Of a stretch of DNA of 33,132 bases, positions 1 through 12,426 are shown one piece after another. How positions within the stretch are numbered: the first letter of the stretch is position 1; the number at the start of each line of letters is the position of its first letter. The notes under the pieces were generated by a model, which saw only the letters and a list, made by a program, of their open reading frames with translations, was not told the DNA's origin and did no database searches. Source of the stretch: an uncultured Eubacteriales bacterium (GTDB lineage: Bacteria > Bacillota > Clostridia > Acetivibrionales > STF1-152); contig CAYYGK010000002.1 of NCBI GenBank assembly GCA_964471145.1, positions 1 through 33,132 on the forward strand. Reading direction: 5' to 3'. The position numbers were made by a program, and so were the translations under genes.

Positions 1-1
1 A

Positions 2-1012
2 ATTAACTCTGCAAGCATAGACCCTGACCATATCCGGAAGGCTGCCGGTATAATCAGTTCCGGAGGCCTTGTTGCGTTTCCTACCGAAACTGTATACGGT
101 CTGGGTGCTGATGCGCTTGATGCAGAGGCTGTAAAAAAAATATTTCTTGCCAAGGGGCGTCCTTCGGACAACCCCCTTATAGTTCACATTTACTCGACTT
201 CTCAGCTGGGCAGTATCGTATCGGACATGCCCGTGACAGCACAAGAGCTGATGGACAGGTTCTGGCCCGGTCCTCTCACCCTTGTCCTTAAAAAGAATGA
301 CATTGTACCCCTTGCAGTAACCGCCGGTCTTGAAACAGTGGCAGTAAGGATTCCCTCCCACCCGGTTGCTCTTGCATTTTTAAGGGCATGCGGCGTACCG
401 GTGGCCGCCCCAAGCGCAAACCTGTCCGGCAGGCCCAGTACTACAAATGCCCGGCATGTAATTGATGACCTTGGCGGAAGGATTGATATGATAATAGATT
501 CGGGCAGCTGTAATGTGGGGCTTGAATCAACGGTGCTTGACATAACGGTAGTCCCTCCTGTTATTCTAAGACCGGGAGGAATAACTGCGGAACAGATCGA
601 AAAGGTAACAGGCGTTGTAAAGTATTCCTGTGACGATTGCCCTGTCCGCTCCCCGGGAATGAAATATACCCATTACTCCCCGCAGGCCAGGGTTGTTATC
701 GTAACAGGCACTCCGCACCAGACAGCAGAGAGAATAAATGAAATGGCACACAAGCTGGAGAACGAAGGCCTGCGTGTGGGCATACTGGCTTCGGAACAGA
801 CAGTTCCTTCCTATACCACCGGGATAGTGATATCTGCGGGTGACCGCAACTGTCCTGAAACAATAGCATCCAGACTTTTTGATTCACTTAGAGAATTCGA
901 CCGGCTTGAAGCTGACATTGTACTCTCGGAGTCATTTGACCCGCAAGGCCTTGGTTATGCTATAATGAACCGTATGCACAAGGCTGCAGGTTATAATATT
1001 GTAAGGGCTTGA
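2..1012 (+). CDS. sua5: L-threonylcarbamoyladenylate synthase, Sua5 type (5' end outside window)
   Basis: The frame of ORF 227..1012 is open back to position 2 and reads ...GGLVAFPTETVYGLGADA...AKGRPSDNPLIVH. It also has FWPGPLT, AAPSANLSG and the Sua5 linker SPGMKYTHYSP plus a C-terminal SUA5 domain. Confidence 0.95.
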   Translation: MNSASIDPDHIRKAAGIISSGGLVAFPTETVYGLGADALDAEAVKKIFLAKGRPSDNPLIVHIYSTSQLGSIVSDMPVTAQELMDRFWPGPLTLVLKKNDIVPLAVTAGLETVAVRIPSHPVALAFLRACGVPVAAPSANLSGRPSTTNARHVIDDLGGRIDMIIDSGSCNVGLESTVLDITVVPPVILRPGGITAEQIEKVTGVVKYSCDDCPVRSPGMKYTHYSPQARVVIVTGTPHQTAERINEMAHKLENEGLRVGILASEQTVPSYTTGIVISAGDRNCPETIASRLFDSLREFDRLEADIVLSESFDPQGLGYAIMNRMHKAAGYNIVRA

Positions 1013-1049
1013 AAAAATGTAGAAACTAATGTAATGTTTGGGGGACAAT

Positions 1050-1535
1050 ATGAAAAAGATACTGTTTGTCTGTACTGGCAATACCTGCAGAAGCGTAATG
1101 GCGGAAGCATTTTTCAACAACCTGGCGGGGGACAGGCTCTGTGCCGGTTCTGCCGGCATTGCGGCCAGCGGTTCTGCTGCAAGCAGCAACACCGTTACCG
1201 TGCTGAAAAGCAACTACAGCCTTGATGTAAGCAATCACAAGTCACGGACCATAACAGAACAGGACATAAAAGACTCGTACCTTATCATTACAATGACATC
1301 AAACCATAAGGAACACATACTTACCCGATTCCCTGATGCTCAGGACAAGACCTATACCCTGGGTCAGTATATAGAAAGCGATGATGCAGGCAGCTGTGCC
1401 AATGACTTTGACTGCCGGTATGATATTCCGGACCCTTACGGTATGTCAATACAGGTATACAATCACTGTGCTATGGAGATAAACAGAGCTGTCAAAAGGC
1501 TTCTTCTAAAGCTTCCCGCAGATAGCAAAGAATAG
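1050..1535 (+). CDS. ywlE: Low-molecular-weight protein (arginine/tyrosine) phosphatase
   Basis: P-loop FVCTGNTCRS and DIPDPYG. Sits between sua5 and rpiB as in other Firmicutes. ATG 1050 follows a GGGGG SD. Confidence 0.85.
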   Translation: MKKILFVCTGNTCRSVMAEAFFNNLAGDRLCAGSAGIAASGSAASSNTVTVLKSNYSLDVSNHKSRTITEQDIKDSYLIITMTSNHKEHILTRFPDAQDKTYTLGQYIESDDAGSCANDFDCRYDIPDPYGMSIQVYNHCAMEINRAVKRLLLKLPADSKE

Positions 1536-1537
1536 TT

Positions 1538-1567
1538 TTGACATGTATACAATCAATGCTATAGAAT
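1538..1567 (+). promoter_or_regulatory. Putative sigma-A promoter for rpiB-upp
   Basis: TTGACA (1538-1543), 18-nt spacer, TAGAAT (1562-1567), about 20 nt upstream of the rpiB start. Confidence 0.5.
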
Positions 1568-1588
1568 ATGTTAATGGGAGATGTTTCA

Positions 1589-2056
1589 ATGATTGCAGTA
1601 TCAAGCGACCACGGAGGTTACGCTCTCAAGAGTGAGATTAAAGGTTTTCTTGAGGAATATGGTTACAGCTACAAGGATCTGGGCACTTTTAACGCCGATG
1701 AATCTGTAGATTACCCTGATTACGGACATGCGGTTGCTCTTGCTGTTAAAAGCGGGGAGTTCAACAGGGGCATAATCATATGCGGAACCGGCATAGGCAT
1801 ATCCATTGCTGCAAACAAGGTCCCCGGTATAAGGGCTGCATTGTGCACCGACTCATATATGGCACGGATGAGCAGGGAACATAACAACGCAAACATACTT
1901 GCCCTGGGCGGAAGGGTAACAGGACCCGGCACAGCTGTAGAGATAGTAAGGACCTGGCTTAACACAGATTTTTCAGGAGACCGCCACAGCCGGAGGGTCA
2001 ACAAGATAACCAATATAGAAAGGGAATATTTGTCAAATGGGGGTAACAGTAATTGA
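1589..2056 (+). CDS. rpiB: Ribose-5-phosphate isomerase B
   Basis: [48 protein letters not shown] motifs. ATG 1589 with GGGAG SD. Confidence 0.95.
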   Translation: MIAVSSDHGGYALKSEIKGFLEEYGYSYKDLGTFNADESVDYPDYGHAVALAVKSGEFNRGIIICGTGIGISIAANKVPGIRAALCTDSYMARMSREHNNANILALGGRVTGPGTAVEIVRTWLNTDFSGDRHSRRVNKITNIEREYLSNGGNSN

Positions 2057-2685
2057 ATAAAAATGTTTTTGTTTTCGACCACCCATTAATTCAACACAAG
2101 GTATCCCTTCTCCGTGACAGAAATACCAGCACAAAGGAATTCCGGGAACTGGTATCGGAAATCTCAATGCTTATGGGGTATGAGGTGACAAGAAGCATGC
2201 CCTTAAAAAAAGTTGAGATTGAAACACCTGTTGGGGTGGCAGAGACACATATAATATCAGGCAAGAAGCTGGGAATAGTACCTGTACTTAGGGCCGGTCT
2301 GGGCATGGCAGACGGCATGCTGAACCTTCTGCCTATGGCGAGGGTGGGGCATATCGGCCTGTTCCGGGACCCTGAAACTTTAAATCCGGTGGACTACTAC
2401 TGCAAGCTGCCGGTTGATTCGGATGAGAGGGAAATAGTCCTTTTAGACCCGATGCTGGCAACCGGTGGTTCTGCTTGTGCTGCAATAAGCTTCCTTAAAA
2501 AACGCGGCGTAGCCCAGATAAGCCTTATGTGTATTATTGCTGCCAGACAGGGTATAGACAGGATAGTATCGGAACATGCCGATGCCCGCATTTATTGTGC
2601 GGCTGTAGATGAAAAACTGGATGAGAACGGATATATTGTTCCCGGCCTCGGAGATGCCGGAGACAGATTGTTTGGAACGAAATAG
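2053..2685 (+). CDS. upp: Uracil phosphoribosyltransferase
   Basis: [21 protein letters not shown] motif [32 protein letters not shown] start overlaps the rpiB stop. Confidence 0.97.
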   Translation: MNKNVFVFDHPLIQHKVSLLRDRNTSTKEFRELVSEISMLMGYEVTRSMPLKKVEIETPVGVAETHIISGKKLGIVPVLRAGLGMADGMLNLLPMARVGHIGLFRDPETLNPVDYYCKLPVDSDEREIVLLDPMLATGGSACAAISFLKKRGVAQISLMCIIAARQGIDRIVSEHADARIYCAAVDEKLDENGYIVPGLGDAGDRLFGTK

Positions 2686-2704
2686 CTCAGGGAGATGATT
2701 ACAT

Positions 2705-3148
2705 ATGAGACCTTCATGGGACGAATATTTCATGCAGATAGTGGAACTTATTAAGACCCGGTCAACCTGCCTCAGAAGACAGGTGGGTGCACTGGTTGTC
2801 CGTGACAAGAGGATACTGGCCACCGGTTATAACGGTGCACCGTCCGGCTGCAGGCACTGTACCACCATGGGCTGCATAAGGGACACCCTCAATATTCCTT
2901 CCGGCCAGCGCCATGAATTGTGCAGGGCATCTCATGCGGAACAGAATGCCATAGCCCAGGCTGCTTTTTCAGGCACAAGTATAAAAGGCGGCACCATGTA
3001 TGTAACTCTTCAGCCCTGTGTAATATGCGCAAAAATGATAATAAATGCGGGAATTGAAAAAATCGTTTTTAAAGGAGCATACCCTGACGACCTTGCTATG
3101 GACCTGCTCCAGGAATCCGGCGTAAGGGTAGTCAAATACGAGGATTAA
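2705..3148 (+). CDS. dCMP deaminase / ComEB-like cytidine-deoxycytidylate deaminase
   Basis: [25 protein letters not shown], and Zn motifs HAEQNA and PCVIC. Confidence 0.92.
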   Translation: MRPSWDEYFMQIVELIKTRSTCLRRQVGALVVRDKRILATGYNGAPSGCRHCTTMGCIRDTLNIPSGQRHELCRASHAEQNAIAQAAFSGTSIKGGTMYVTLQPCVICAKMIINAGIEKIVFKGAYPDDLAMDLLQESGVRVVKYED

Positions 3149-3203
3149 AACTTTTAATAAACTGTATGCGTAATGAAGATAATAGATAAAGGCAGGTGAT
3201 AAT

Positions 3204-4346
3204 GTGGATATAAGCCTTGACTGGTTCATTACTTTCATACTTGCTTTCATTGTTTCCTTTTCAGCTACCCCAATAGCCAGGAAGCTGGCATACGGTATTG
3301 GAGCGGTGGATATACCCTGTGAGGAAAGAAGAATGCATAAAAGGCCGCTTGCCCGTCTTGGGGGCATAGCCATAATCTGTGGCTTTACGGTTGCGGTCTT
3401 ATTCCTTTTCATGAGCTCTTCAATTGGTGAAAGCAGCGGCTTTGCAACGCAGATACAACTTATTGCAATTCTTGCCGGCGGTGCTGTAATAACTTTAACC
3501 GGCCTGGTAGATGACATAAGGGGGCTTGGGCCGAAAACAAAACTTCTCCTTCAGCTTGCTGCCGCCCTTGCGGTCATATTCATTGCAGATATGCGCATAG
3601 AAGGTTTTACAAATCCTATATCCCAGGATTTCATATCCCTTCCCCTTTATTTATCCTACCCCCTTACAATACTGTGGATCATCGGAATAACAAATGCAAT
3701 TAATCTTATAGACGGTCTTGACGGTCTGGCAGCTGGAATAACATCCATTTCCTGCATTTGTCTTTTCTTCATAAACATTATAGCCAACCAGGGCCTTCCC
3801 GCAATCCAGTCACTGGTGGCTGTTCTTACACTTGCACTGGCAGGTTCGGCACTGGGTTTTCTGCCATTTAACTTTTTCCCGTCTAAAATAATCATGGGTG
3901 ATACCGGTGCATATTTCATGGGCTTCATCCTTGCCATAGTATCAATACAGGGTGCCATGAAGTCATTTACCGCAATTTCCCTGTCCATTCCGCTGATAGT
4001 TTTAGGACTTCCGCTGTTTGATACCGCAGCCTCCATATGCAGGAGACTTGCAAGCAGGAAACCCATCATGCAGGCTGACAGGGGACACCTTCATCACAGG
4101 CTTATAGACATGGGACTCTCACATAAGCAGTCGGTCATAGTCATGTATACAGCCAGCGCGGCCCTCGGACTGGGTGCGGTAGTTATGGCGGACAAGGGAA
4201 CACTAAGTGCAGTTATACTTCTTGCACTGGTGTCCGTTTTTATCATAGGCGGGGCAGTCTATATGAAGGAAATAAACCATGAGGAACAAGAAACAAAAGA
4301 AGACGGCCGTGACACATATAAGATTTCAACAGACGAAGACAGATAA
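3204..4346 (+). CDS. tagO: Undecaprenyl-phosphate GlcNAc-1-phosphate transferase (MraY/WecA/TagO family)
   Basis: Polytopic membrane protein with GLVDD, NAINLIDGLDGLA, MGDTG and ADRGHLHHRL motifs. Confidence 0.9.
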   Translation: MDISLDWFITFILAFIVSFSATPIARKLAYGIGAVDIPCEERRMHKRPLARLGGIAIICGFTVAVLFLFMSSSIGESSGFATQIQLIAILAGGAVITLTGLVDDIRGLGPKTKLLLQLAAALAVIFIADMRIEGFTNPISQDFISLPLYLSYPLTILWIIGITNAINLIDGLDGLAAGITSISCICLFFINIIANQGLPAIQSLVAVLTLALAGSALGFLPFNFFPSKIIMGDTGAYFMGFILAIVSIQGAMKSFTAISLSIPLIVLGLPLFDTAASICRRLASRKPIMQADRGHLHHRLIDMGLSHKQSVIVMYTASAALGLGAVVMADKGTLSAVILLALVSVFIIGGAVYMKEINHEEQETKEDGRDTYKISTDEDR

Positions 4347-4384
4347 CCGGAGTGGGGTAGGTTTACATTATATATGGGGGATTT

Positions 4385-5536
4385 ATGAAATATATTAAAA
4401 TATTGGTTGTTTTCGGTACAAGGCCCGAAGCCGTAAAAATGGCTCCTCTTGTAATTGAACTGAAAAAACACCCGCAAATACTAACAGAAGTATGTGTCAC
4501 AGCACAACACCGTGAGATGCTCGATCAGGTTCTTGACATATTCAGCATAGTTCCTGATTATGACCTGGATATTATGAAGGCGAGGCAATCTCTATCAGAT
4601 GTTACGGTAAACGCTCTAAAGGGTCTTGAATCTATACTTGATAAATCCAGCCCCAACCTTGTTCTTGTCCATGGGGATACCACAACAACATTTACCGGAG
4701 CACTTGCAGCATTCTATGGCAGGATTGATACAGGCCATGTTGAAGCGGGCCTTAGAACATTCGACAAGTACTTTCCCTATCCCGAAGAAATAAACAGGAG
4801 ACTTACAGGTGTTCTGGCAGATATTCATTTCGCTCCCACCGAAACAAACAGACAGAACCTTATAAGGGAAGGTGTTTCCCCCGAGAAAATCCATGTAACC
4901 GGCAATACTGTAATAGATGCACTGAAAACCACTGTCAGCAGCAACTACATGTTTAAAAATACCGACCTTCGCAATCTTGACTTCTCAAAGCGGATTATTG
5001 CGGTAACAGCACACCGTCGTGAAAACCTCGGAACCCCTCTCGAGAATATCTGCCGTGCACTGAAACGACTTGCTGACAACTACCGGGATGTGACAGTTGT
5101 CTATTCTGTCCATTTAAACCCGGCAGTCCACGAAACAGCCTGCAGGATACTGGGCAGCCACCCCGGAGTCAAGCTTATCAGCCCTCTTGACCCTCAAGAC
5201 ATGCACAATTTCCTCTCCCGCTGCCATATTGTTTTGACTGATTCCGGCGGCCTCCAGGAGGAGGCTCCGTCACTTGGAAAACCTGTTCTGGTATTGAGAA
5301 ACGAGACCGAACGGCCTGAGGCTGTAAAGGCCGGTACTGTCCGTTTGGCAGGCACTGATGAACAGCAGGTTTACTCAATGGCAGAAAAGCTTCTTGATGA
5401 CAGCGGCGAGTACGCAAGCATGGCTAAAGCAGTCAACCCCTACGGAGACGGACAGGCATCATCTCGTATTGTTCAGGCTATACTCCTGAAATATGGGCTG
5501 GAGTGCCATAATCCTTCGGTATTCAATCCTGACTGA
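4385..5536 (+). CDS. wecB: UDP-N-acetylglucosamine 2-epimerase (non-hydrolysing)
   Basis: FGTRPEAVKM, TAQHREML, HGDTTT, HVEAGLR, PEEINR, TDSGGLQEEAP, NPYGDG motifs. Confidence 0.97.
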   Translation: MKYIKILVVFGTRPEAVKMAPLVIELKKHPQILTEVCVTAQHREMLDQVLDIFSIVPDYDLDIMKARQSLSDVTVNALKGLESILDKSSPNLVLVHGDTTTTFTGALAAFYGRIDTGHVEAGLRTFDKYFPYPEEINRRLTGVLADIHFAPTETNRQNLIREGVSPEKIHVTGNTVIDALKTTVSSNYMFKNTDLRNLDFSKRIIAVTAHRRENLGTPLENICRALKRLADNYRDVTVVYSVHLNPAVHETACRILGSHPGVKLISPLDPQDMHNFLSRCHIVLTDSGGLQEEAPSLGKPVLVLRNETERPEAVKAGTVRLAGTDEQQVYSMAEKLLDDSGEYASMAKAVNPYGDGQASSRIVQAILLKYGLECHNPSVFNPD

Positions 5537-5558
5537 TACCCCTCTCCCGTTAAAATTA

Positions 5559-5606
5559 CAATTAAGTTGCTTCTTAATTGATATGGTGTTTTTGATATGA
5601 TATTAT
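5559..5606 (+). promoter_or_regulatory. Putative sigma-A promoter of the atp operon with an overlapping inverted repeat
   Basis: TTGATA (5578-5583), 17 nt, TG-n-TATTAT (5601-5606). A perfect IR CAATTAAG-N6-CTTAATTG at 5559-5580 overlaps the -35. Confidence 0.55.
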
Positions 5607-5672
5607 AAAGATTGAATAATCGGACATGCAGTTTTTTACTATATTCTAATGAGATTTAACGGAGGGAATAAA

Positions 5673-6083
5673 TTGCGTCTATGCCTTTTGGACAGGTTCA
5701 TGTTAACTCGCATTACCGCATATTATATCCTTTGCATTTTCTTTTTCATGCTGCTTGCCGGCAACCGGGTATCAGCGGCAGCCGGTGTGTCAGTTGGTGC
5801 AGCACTGGGCTTTTGCAGGTGGGTATCACTGAGAAGGCTTGTATACTCATCCTGCAGAAAACATGCCCGACAGCCCAATATGCTTATTGCAATACCCTAT
5901 GTCGCATCTCTTGCACTGCTTACCCTTATGATTATATTTTCCGCAAGAGCGGGGATATGGATGTTTGCAGGTACTGCGGCAGGTATATCACTTGTTCCTG
6001 CTGTAATAATAATTAATGGCTTAACTGAATCTGCAGGTATAACACACAATAATTTCGGTGCCGGAAGGATTTGGGATGAATAA
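5673..6083 (+). CDS. atpI: ATP synthase protein I (UncI-like membrane protein)
   Basis: About 136 aa with roughly 4 hydrophobic helices, first gene of the atp operon, overlapping the atpB start. TTG 5673 follows GGAGG (5661-5665). Call rests on position and topology. Confidence 0.6.
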   Translation: MRLCLLDRFMLTRITAYYILCIFFFMLLAGNRVSAAAGVSVGAALGFCRWVSLRRLVYSSCRKHARQPNMLIAIPYVASLALLTLMIIFSARAGIWMFAGTAAGISLVPAVIIINGLTESAGITHNNFGAGRIWDE

Positions 6084-6828
6084 GGAAAGCCTGCTGGACA
6101 TCCTTGAAAGCCATGAGGTGTTCAGTTTCAGTATTTCAGGCACAGAGGTGCAGGTTTACAATTCAGTGATAGTAATGTGGGTTATTATGGCTGTGCTTAT
6201 CGTGCTCTCGCTGAAGTTTGCCCGGGGGTTTCGCCCTGTTCCATCATGCAGTCAGAATTATGTGGAAGCAGTTGTGGAAACCCTTAATAATTTCACACAG
6301 AGCATGACAGGAAATCGCTGGGAGTACACCGCTCCCTTTGTCGGAACACTCTTTTTATTCCTCATACTCTCCAATACGGTAGCCCTGTTCAATTTTATGC
6401 CCGAATGGCGGCAGCTTTATGAAGTTACAGGCATCAGGGTTTTGTCCGATATTCCGCAGATACTCATCAAACCCCCCACAAAAGACATAAACGTAACCAC
6501 CGCACTTGCCGTCCTTTCAACATGTTTTGTAATTTATTACGGTATACGCTTTAAAAAGCCTTCCGGATGGCTTAAGGGTTTTGTTGATCCCTCTCCTGTT
6601 ATATTGCCGATAAAAGTGCTTGAATACTTTATACGCACCCTTTCACTGTCCCTGCGTCTGTTTGGCAACATACTGGGTGCTTTCATTATAATGGAGCTTT
6701 TATACCTGATGATACCTCTCCTGATACCGGCGGGGTTCAGCATATATTTTGATATTTTTGACGGAATTTTGCAGGCATTTATATTTGTATTTCTTACCTC
6801 CCTTTACATAGGGGAGGCTTTGGAATAG
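6076..6828 (+). CDS. atpB: F1Fo ATP synthase subunit a
   Basis: PTKDIN, LSLSLRLFGN (essential Arg), GILQAFIFVFLTSLYI. Confidence 0.95.
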   Translation: MNKESLLDILESHEVFSFSISGTEVQVYNSVIVMWVIMAVLIVLSLKFARGFRPVPSCSQNYVEAVVETLNNFTQSMTGNRWEYTAPFVGTLFLFLILSNTVALFNFMPEWRQLYEVTGIRVLSDIPQILIKPPTKDINVTTALAVLSTCFVIYYGIRFKKPSGWLKGFVDPSPVILPIKVLEYFIRTLSLSLRLFGNILGAFIIMELLYLMIPLLIPAGFSIYFDIFDGILQAFIFVFLTSLYIGEALE

Positions 6829-6854
6829 AATTGTTTCAAGGAGGCTGATTATTA

Positions 6855-7085
6855 ATGAACAGTGATGCAATAACGGCATTGGCAGCAGGCGGGGCAGTTA
6901 TGATTGCAGGTCTTGCAGCTTCGTTCTCTATAGGACACGCCACCTCAAAGGCTGTGGAATCTGCGGCACGACAGCCCGAGGCTGCGGACAAGATACAGAG
7001 GATCCTTGTACTGGGCGCCGGCCTTATTGAGGCCACAGCAGTTTATGCTCTGCTTGTCGCTGCGCTGCTGATATTTTTTAAATAG
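6855..7085 (+). CDS. atpE: F1Fo ATP synthase subunit c
   Basis: 76-aa helical hairpin with an RQPE loop and ion-binding E59 (IEATAVY). GGAGG SD. Confidence 0.96.
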   Translation: MNSDAITALAAGGAVMIAGLAASFSIGHATSKAVESAARQPEAADKIQRILVLGAGLIEATAVYALLVAALLIFFK

Positions 7086-7112
7086 CGACTACAAGACCGG
7101 GAGTGATACAAA

Positions 7113-7598
7113 GTGTTTGATTTCAGGATTCCAACCTTCATTTTTACGTTTATAAACTTCCTGGTGCTTTACTGGCTGCTTAAAAAACTGCTTTTCAAAC
7201 CGGTGACCGGCTATATGCAAAACCGTTCACGCATGATAAGAGAGCAGCTGGAAAACGCTGAACGCAAATTTAAAGAAGCACAGGCCTTGAAGGCGCAATA
7301 CGAAAAAGACCTTGCACGGTCACAGCAAAAAGCTGAGGCAATTATTAATGAAGCAAGGGAAAAAGCCAAAACCGAATATGTCAGGATCAAAGCAGATGCA
7401 TCCAGAGAAGCGCAGAAGATAATTGAAAATGCCAAAAACGAGATTAAAGAAGAGCGCCAAAGGGTGACACAGGAACTTAAGGCACACGTTTCCTCTCTGG
7501 CACTGAAAGCTGCTGCAAAGGTCATTGAGGAGAACATGGATACAGGCAGGAACAGGAAGCTTGTTGAAAACTTCCTTGATAAGGAAGTGGTCGCATGA
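7113..7598 (+). CDS. atpF: F1Fo ATP synthase subunit b
   Basis: N-terminal TM (INFLVLYWLLKKLLFKP) followed by a long charged coiled coil; operon position. Confidence 0.93.
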   Translation: MFDFRIPTFIFTFINFLVLYWLLKKLLFKPVTGYMQNRSRMIREQLENAERKFKEAQALKAQYEKDLARSQQKAEAIINEAREKAKTEYVRIKADASREAQKIIENAKNEIKEERQRVTQELKAHVSSLALKAAAKVIEENMDTGRNRKLVENFLDKEVVA

Positions 7599-8131
7599 CC
7601 GGTACCATTGCCCTCAGGTTTTCAGAAGCTCTAGCCGATATTGCATCAGAGACAGATGCCGAAGAAATATACTTAGAGCTTTATTCCATTGCCGGTATCT
7701 TTGACAAAAACCCATCTTTAACGGGCTTTCTCGGGGATAAATCGGTTAGCGGAAACATTCGGAAGAAAGTTCTGCATAAATTGTTTGACCCGCATGCAAG
7801 CAGGGTGGTTGTTAATCTGCTCTGTCTGCTTACAGACATCGGACGCCTGTCCCTTTTGCCCGAAATTGTTTCAGGATACAGGAAAGTTCTGGATAGAACA
7901 ATGAACATTCTGAATGTTTCGGTAAAAAGCGCCTTTAAGCTTGAACAGGACCAGCTTTACAGACTGGGTGAGAAAATAAAAAGCCTGTACAAACCGTGTT
8001 CTGTCCGCATTAATTGTAAAATGGATCCTGCCGTTATGGCAGGGTTGGTAATTTGCGTAGGCGACAGGATTATTGATGCTACAGCCAGGGGAAGGCTCGA
8101 AGGACTCACGAAATCCCTTATGTTAAGGTAA
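7595..8131 (+). CDS. atpH: F1Fo ATP synthase subunit delta
   Basis: 178 aa between atpF and atpA. Motifs VKSAFKL and [20 protein letters not shown] match the delta C-terminus; sequence is divergent. Confidence 0.88.
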   Translation: MTGTIALRFSEALADIASETDAEEIYLELYSIAGIFDKNPSLTGFLGDKSVSGNIRKKVLHKLFDPHASRVVVNLLCLLTDIGRLSLLPEIVSGYRKVLDRTMNILNVSVKSAFKLEQDQLYRLGEKIKSLYKPCSVRINCKMDPAVMAGLVICVGDRIIDATARGRLEGLTKSLMLR

Positions 8132-8145
8132 CAGGAGTGAATAGC

Positions 8146-9675
8146 TTGAATATAAGCCAGGAAGAAATTATATCGGTAATAAGGCAGGAGATTGAAAACT
8201 ACGGTTTGCAGCCCAGGGTGGACGAAACCGGGTTTGTAATACGGACAGGCGACGGTATCGCAACAATCTACGGTTTATCCGGATGTATGAGCGGAGAACT
8301 GATTGAGTTTGAGACAGGCACGCTGGGTATGGCCATGAATCTTGAGGAAAACTATGTAGGATGTGTTCTTCTGGGAAACCAGGAGGAAGTGTCTGAAGGA
8401 ATCCAGGTAAAACGCACAGGCAGGATGGTGGAGGTTCCTGTGGGTGATGCCCTGATAGGCAGGGTTATAGACCCGCTTGGAAATCCGCTGGACGGAAAAG
8501 GAGAGATCCGCTCAGGCCGTACCAGACCAGTTGAATCAGAAGCCCCGGGTGTTATTGAAAGGCAGCCGGTAGACACACCCCTGCAGACCGGTATAATGGC
8601 TATAGACTCTATGATCCCCATAGGAAGAGGCCAGCGTGAACTGGTAATAGGGGACAGGCAGACCGGCAAGACGGCAATTGCAATTGATACTATAATCAAC
8701 CAGAAAGGAAAAGACATCATATGCATATATGTTGCAATCGGCCAGAAGAGGTCATCGGTTGCAAGAACCATATCCATCCTGGAGGAGCACGGTTCGATGG
8801 ATTATTCCATCATTGTGTCATCAACTGCCTCTGAGATGTCCACACTTCAGTATATAGCACCGTATTCCGGATGTGCGATTGCAGAAGAGTTTATGTATAA
8901 TGACCACAAAGATGTCCTTATAGTCTATGATGACCTGTCAAAGCACGCTGTGGCTTACAGGACCATGTCCCTGCTTCTTAAGCGTCCCCCAGGAAGAGAG
9001 GCATACCCCGGGGATGTTTTCTATCTTCACTCCAGACTGCTCGAAAGAGCCGCAAGGCTGCGTGAGGAGGACGGAGGGGGCTCAATAACCGCACTTCCGA
9101 TAGTGGAAACGCTTGATGGCGACGTTTCAGCTTACATACCGACTAATATCATATCCATTACAGACGGCCAGATATACCTTGAAGCAGAGCTTTTCTTCTC
9201 CGGTCAGAGGCCTGCTGTGAACGTCGGGCTTTCTGTTTCAAGAGTAGGTGGCTCAGCACAGGTTGAAGCAATGAAGAAGGTGGCCGCACCGCTGCGCATA
9301 AACCTTGCCCAATACCGGGAACTTGCTGTTTTTTCACAGTTTGGCTCTGAACTGGATGATGCAACACAGAAGAAGCTCTCTCAAGGAGAAAGGCTGGTAG
9401 AAACCCTTAAGCAGCCGCAGTTTAAACCTATAAGCATGGAAGACCAGGTTATACTGTTGTTTGCTGCAACAAACAGGTTCATGACAGGTTTTTCGGTAGA
9501 ACAGGTAAGGGACTTCAACAAAGGGCTGCTGCAGTTTGTCAGGGAAAAGTACCCTTCCATACCCGAACAAATAGCTGTGACGGGAGAATTATCTGAAGAG
9601 CTGGAAGACAGCCTGGACGAAGCACTAGAACATTATGTCAGCATGAAAACACAAGCCCGTACTCAGCACGCATAA
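8146..9675 (+). CDS. atpA: F1Fo ATP synthase subunit alpha
   Basis: [50 protein letters not shown] 8146 is preferred over GTG 8137 on AGGAG spacing. Confidence 0.98.
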   Translation: MNISQEEIISVIRQEIENYGLQPRVDETGFVIRTGDGIATIYGLSGCMSGELIEFETGTLGMAMNLEENYVGCVLLGNQEEVSEGIQVKRTGRMVEVPVGDALIGRVIDPLGNPLDGKGEIRSGRTRPVESEAPGVIERQPVDTPLQTGIMAIDSMIPIGRGQRELVIGDRQTGKTAIAIDTIINQKGKDIICIYVAIGQKRSSVARTISILEEHGSMDYSIIVSSTASEMSTLQYIAPYSGCAIAEEFMYNDHKDVLIVYDDLSKHAVAYRTMSLLLKRPPGREAYPGDVFYLHSRLLERAARLREEDGGGSITALPIVETLDGDVSAYIPTNIISITDGQIYLEAELFFSGQRPAVNVGLSVSRVGGSAQVEAMKKVAAPLRINLAQYRELAVFSQFGSELDDATQKKLSQGERLVETLKQPQFKPISMEDQVILLFAATNRFMTGFSVEQVRDFNKGLLQFVREKYPSIPEQIAVTGELSEELEDSLDEALEHYVSMKTQARTQHA

Positions 9676-9690
9676 TCAGGGGGTATTTTA

Positions 9691-12002
<2,312 letters not shown>

Positions 12003-12015
12003 CAGGGAGGTTTCA

Positions 12016-12426
12016 ATGCCTGGTACTTTTAACCTTGAAATAGTCACACCCGAGAGGAAGTTCTTTCAGGAAGAAGTGGAAATGCTTGTACTCAAAACTC
12101 CTGATGGTGAAATGGGTGTGCTCAAAGGGCATATACCAATGGTAACAACCGTTTCCATTGGGCCTGCAAGAATACTTCATGAAGGCCAATGGAAACAAGC
12201 CGTTTTAACTACCGGTTTTATGGAAATAGGCAGAAGCTCAACGGTTATCCTTGTTGATACAGCAGAATGGCCTCATGAAATTGACATAAACCGTGCACAA
12301 GAGGCTAGAAGAAGGGCGGAAGAACGGCTTCACAGAAAACTTAGCCGTATTGAATACCAGCGTTCTCAGGCCGCCCTCTCCCGTGCTCTTGCAAGGCTTA
12401 AGATTACCGGAAGATCCAGGAAATAG
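12016..12426 (+). CDS. atpC: F1Fo ATP synthase subunit epsilon
   Basis: LEIVTPE, GEMGVLKGHIP, AEWPHEID, C-terminal helices ALSRALARL. GGAGG SD. Confidence 0.96.
   Translation: MPGTFNLEIVTPERKFFQEEVEMLVLKTPDGEMGVLKGHIPMVTTVSIGPARILHEGQWKQAVLTTGFMEIGRSSTVILVDTAEWPHEIDINRAQEARRRAEERLHRKLSRIEYQRSQAALSRALARLKITGRSRK

Noticed and set aside
6855-7085. Na+-translocating ATP synthase
   Set aside because: The c subunit lacks the Gln and Ser/Thr Na+ ligands (I26, A60).
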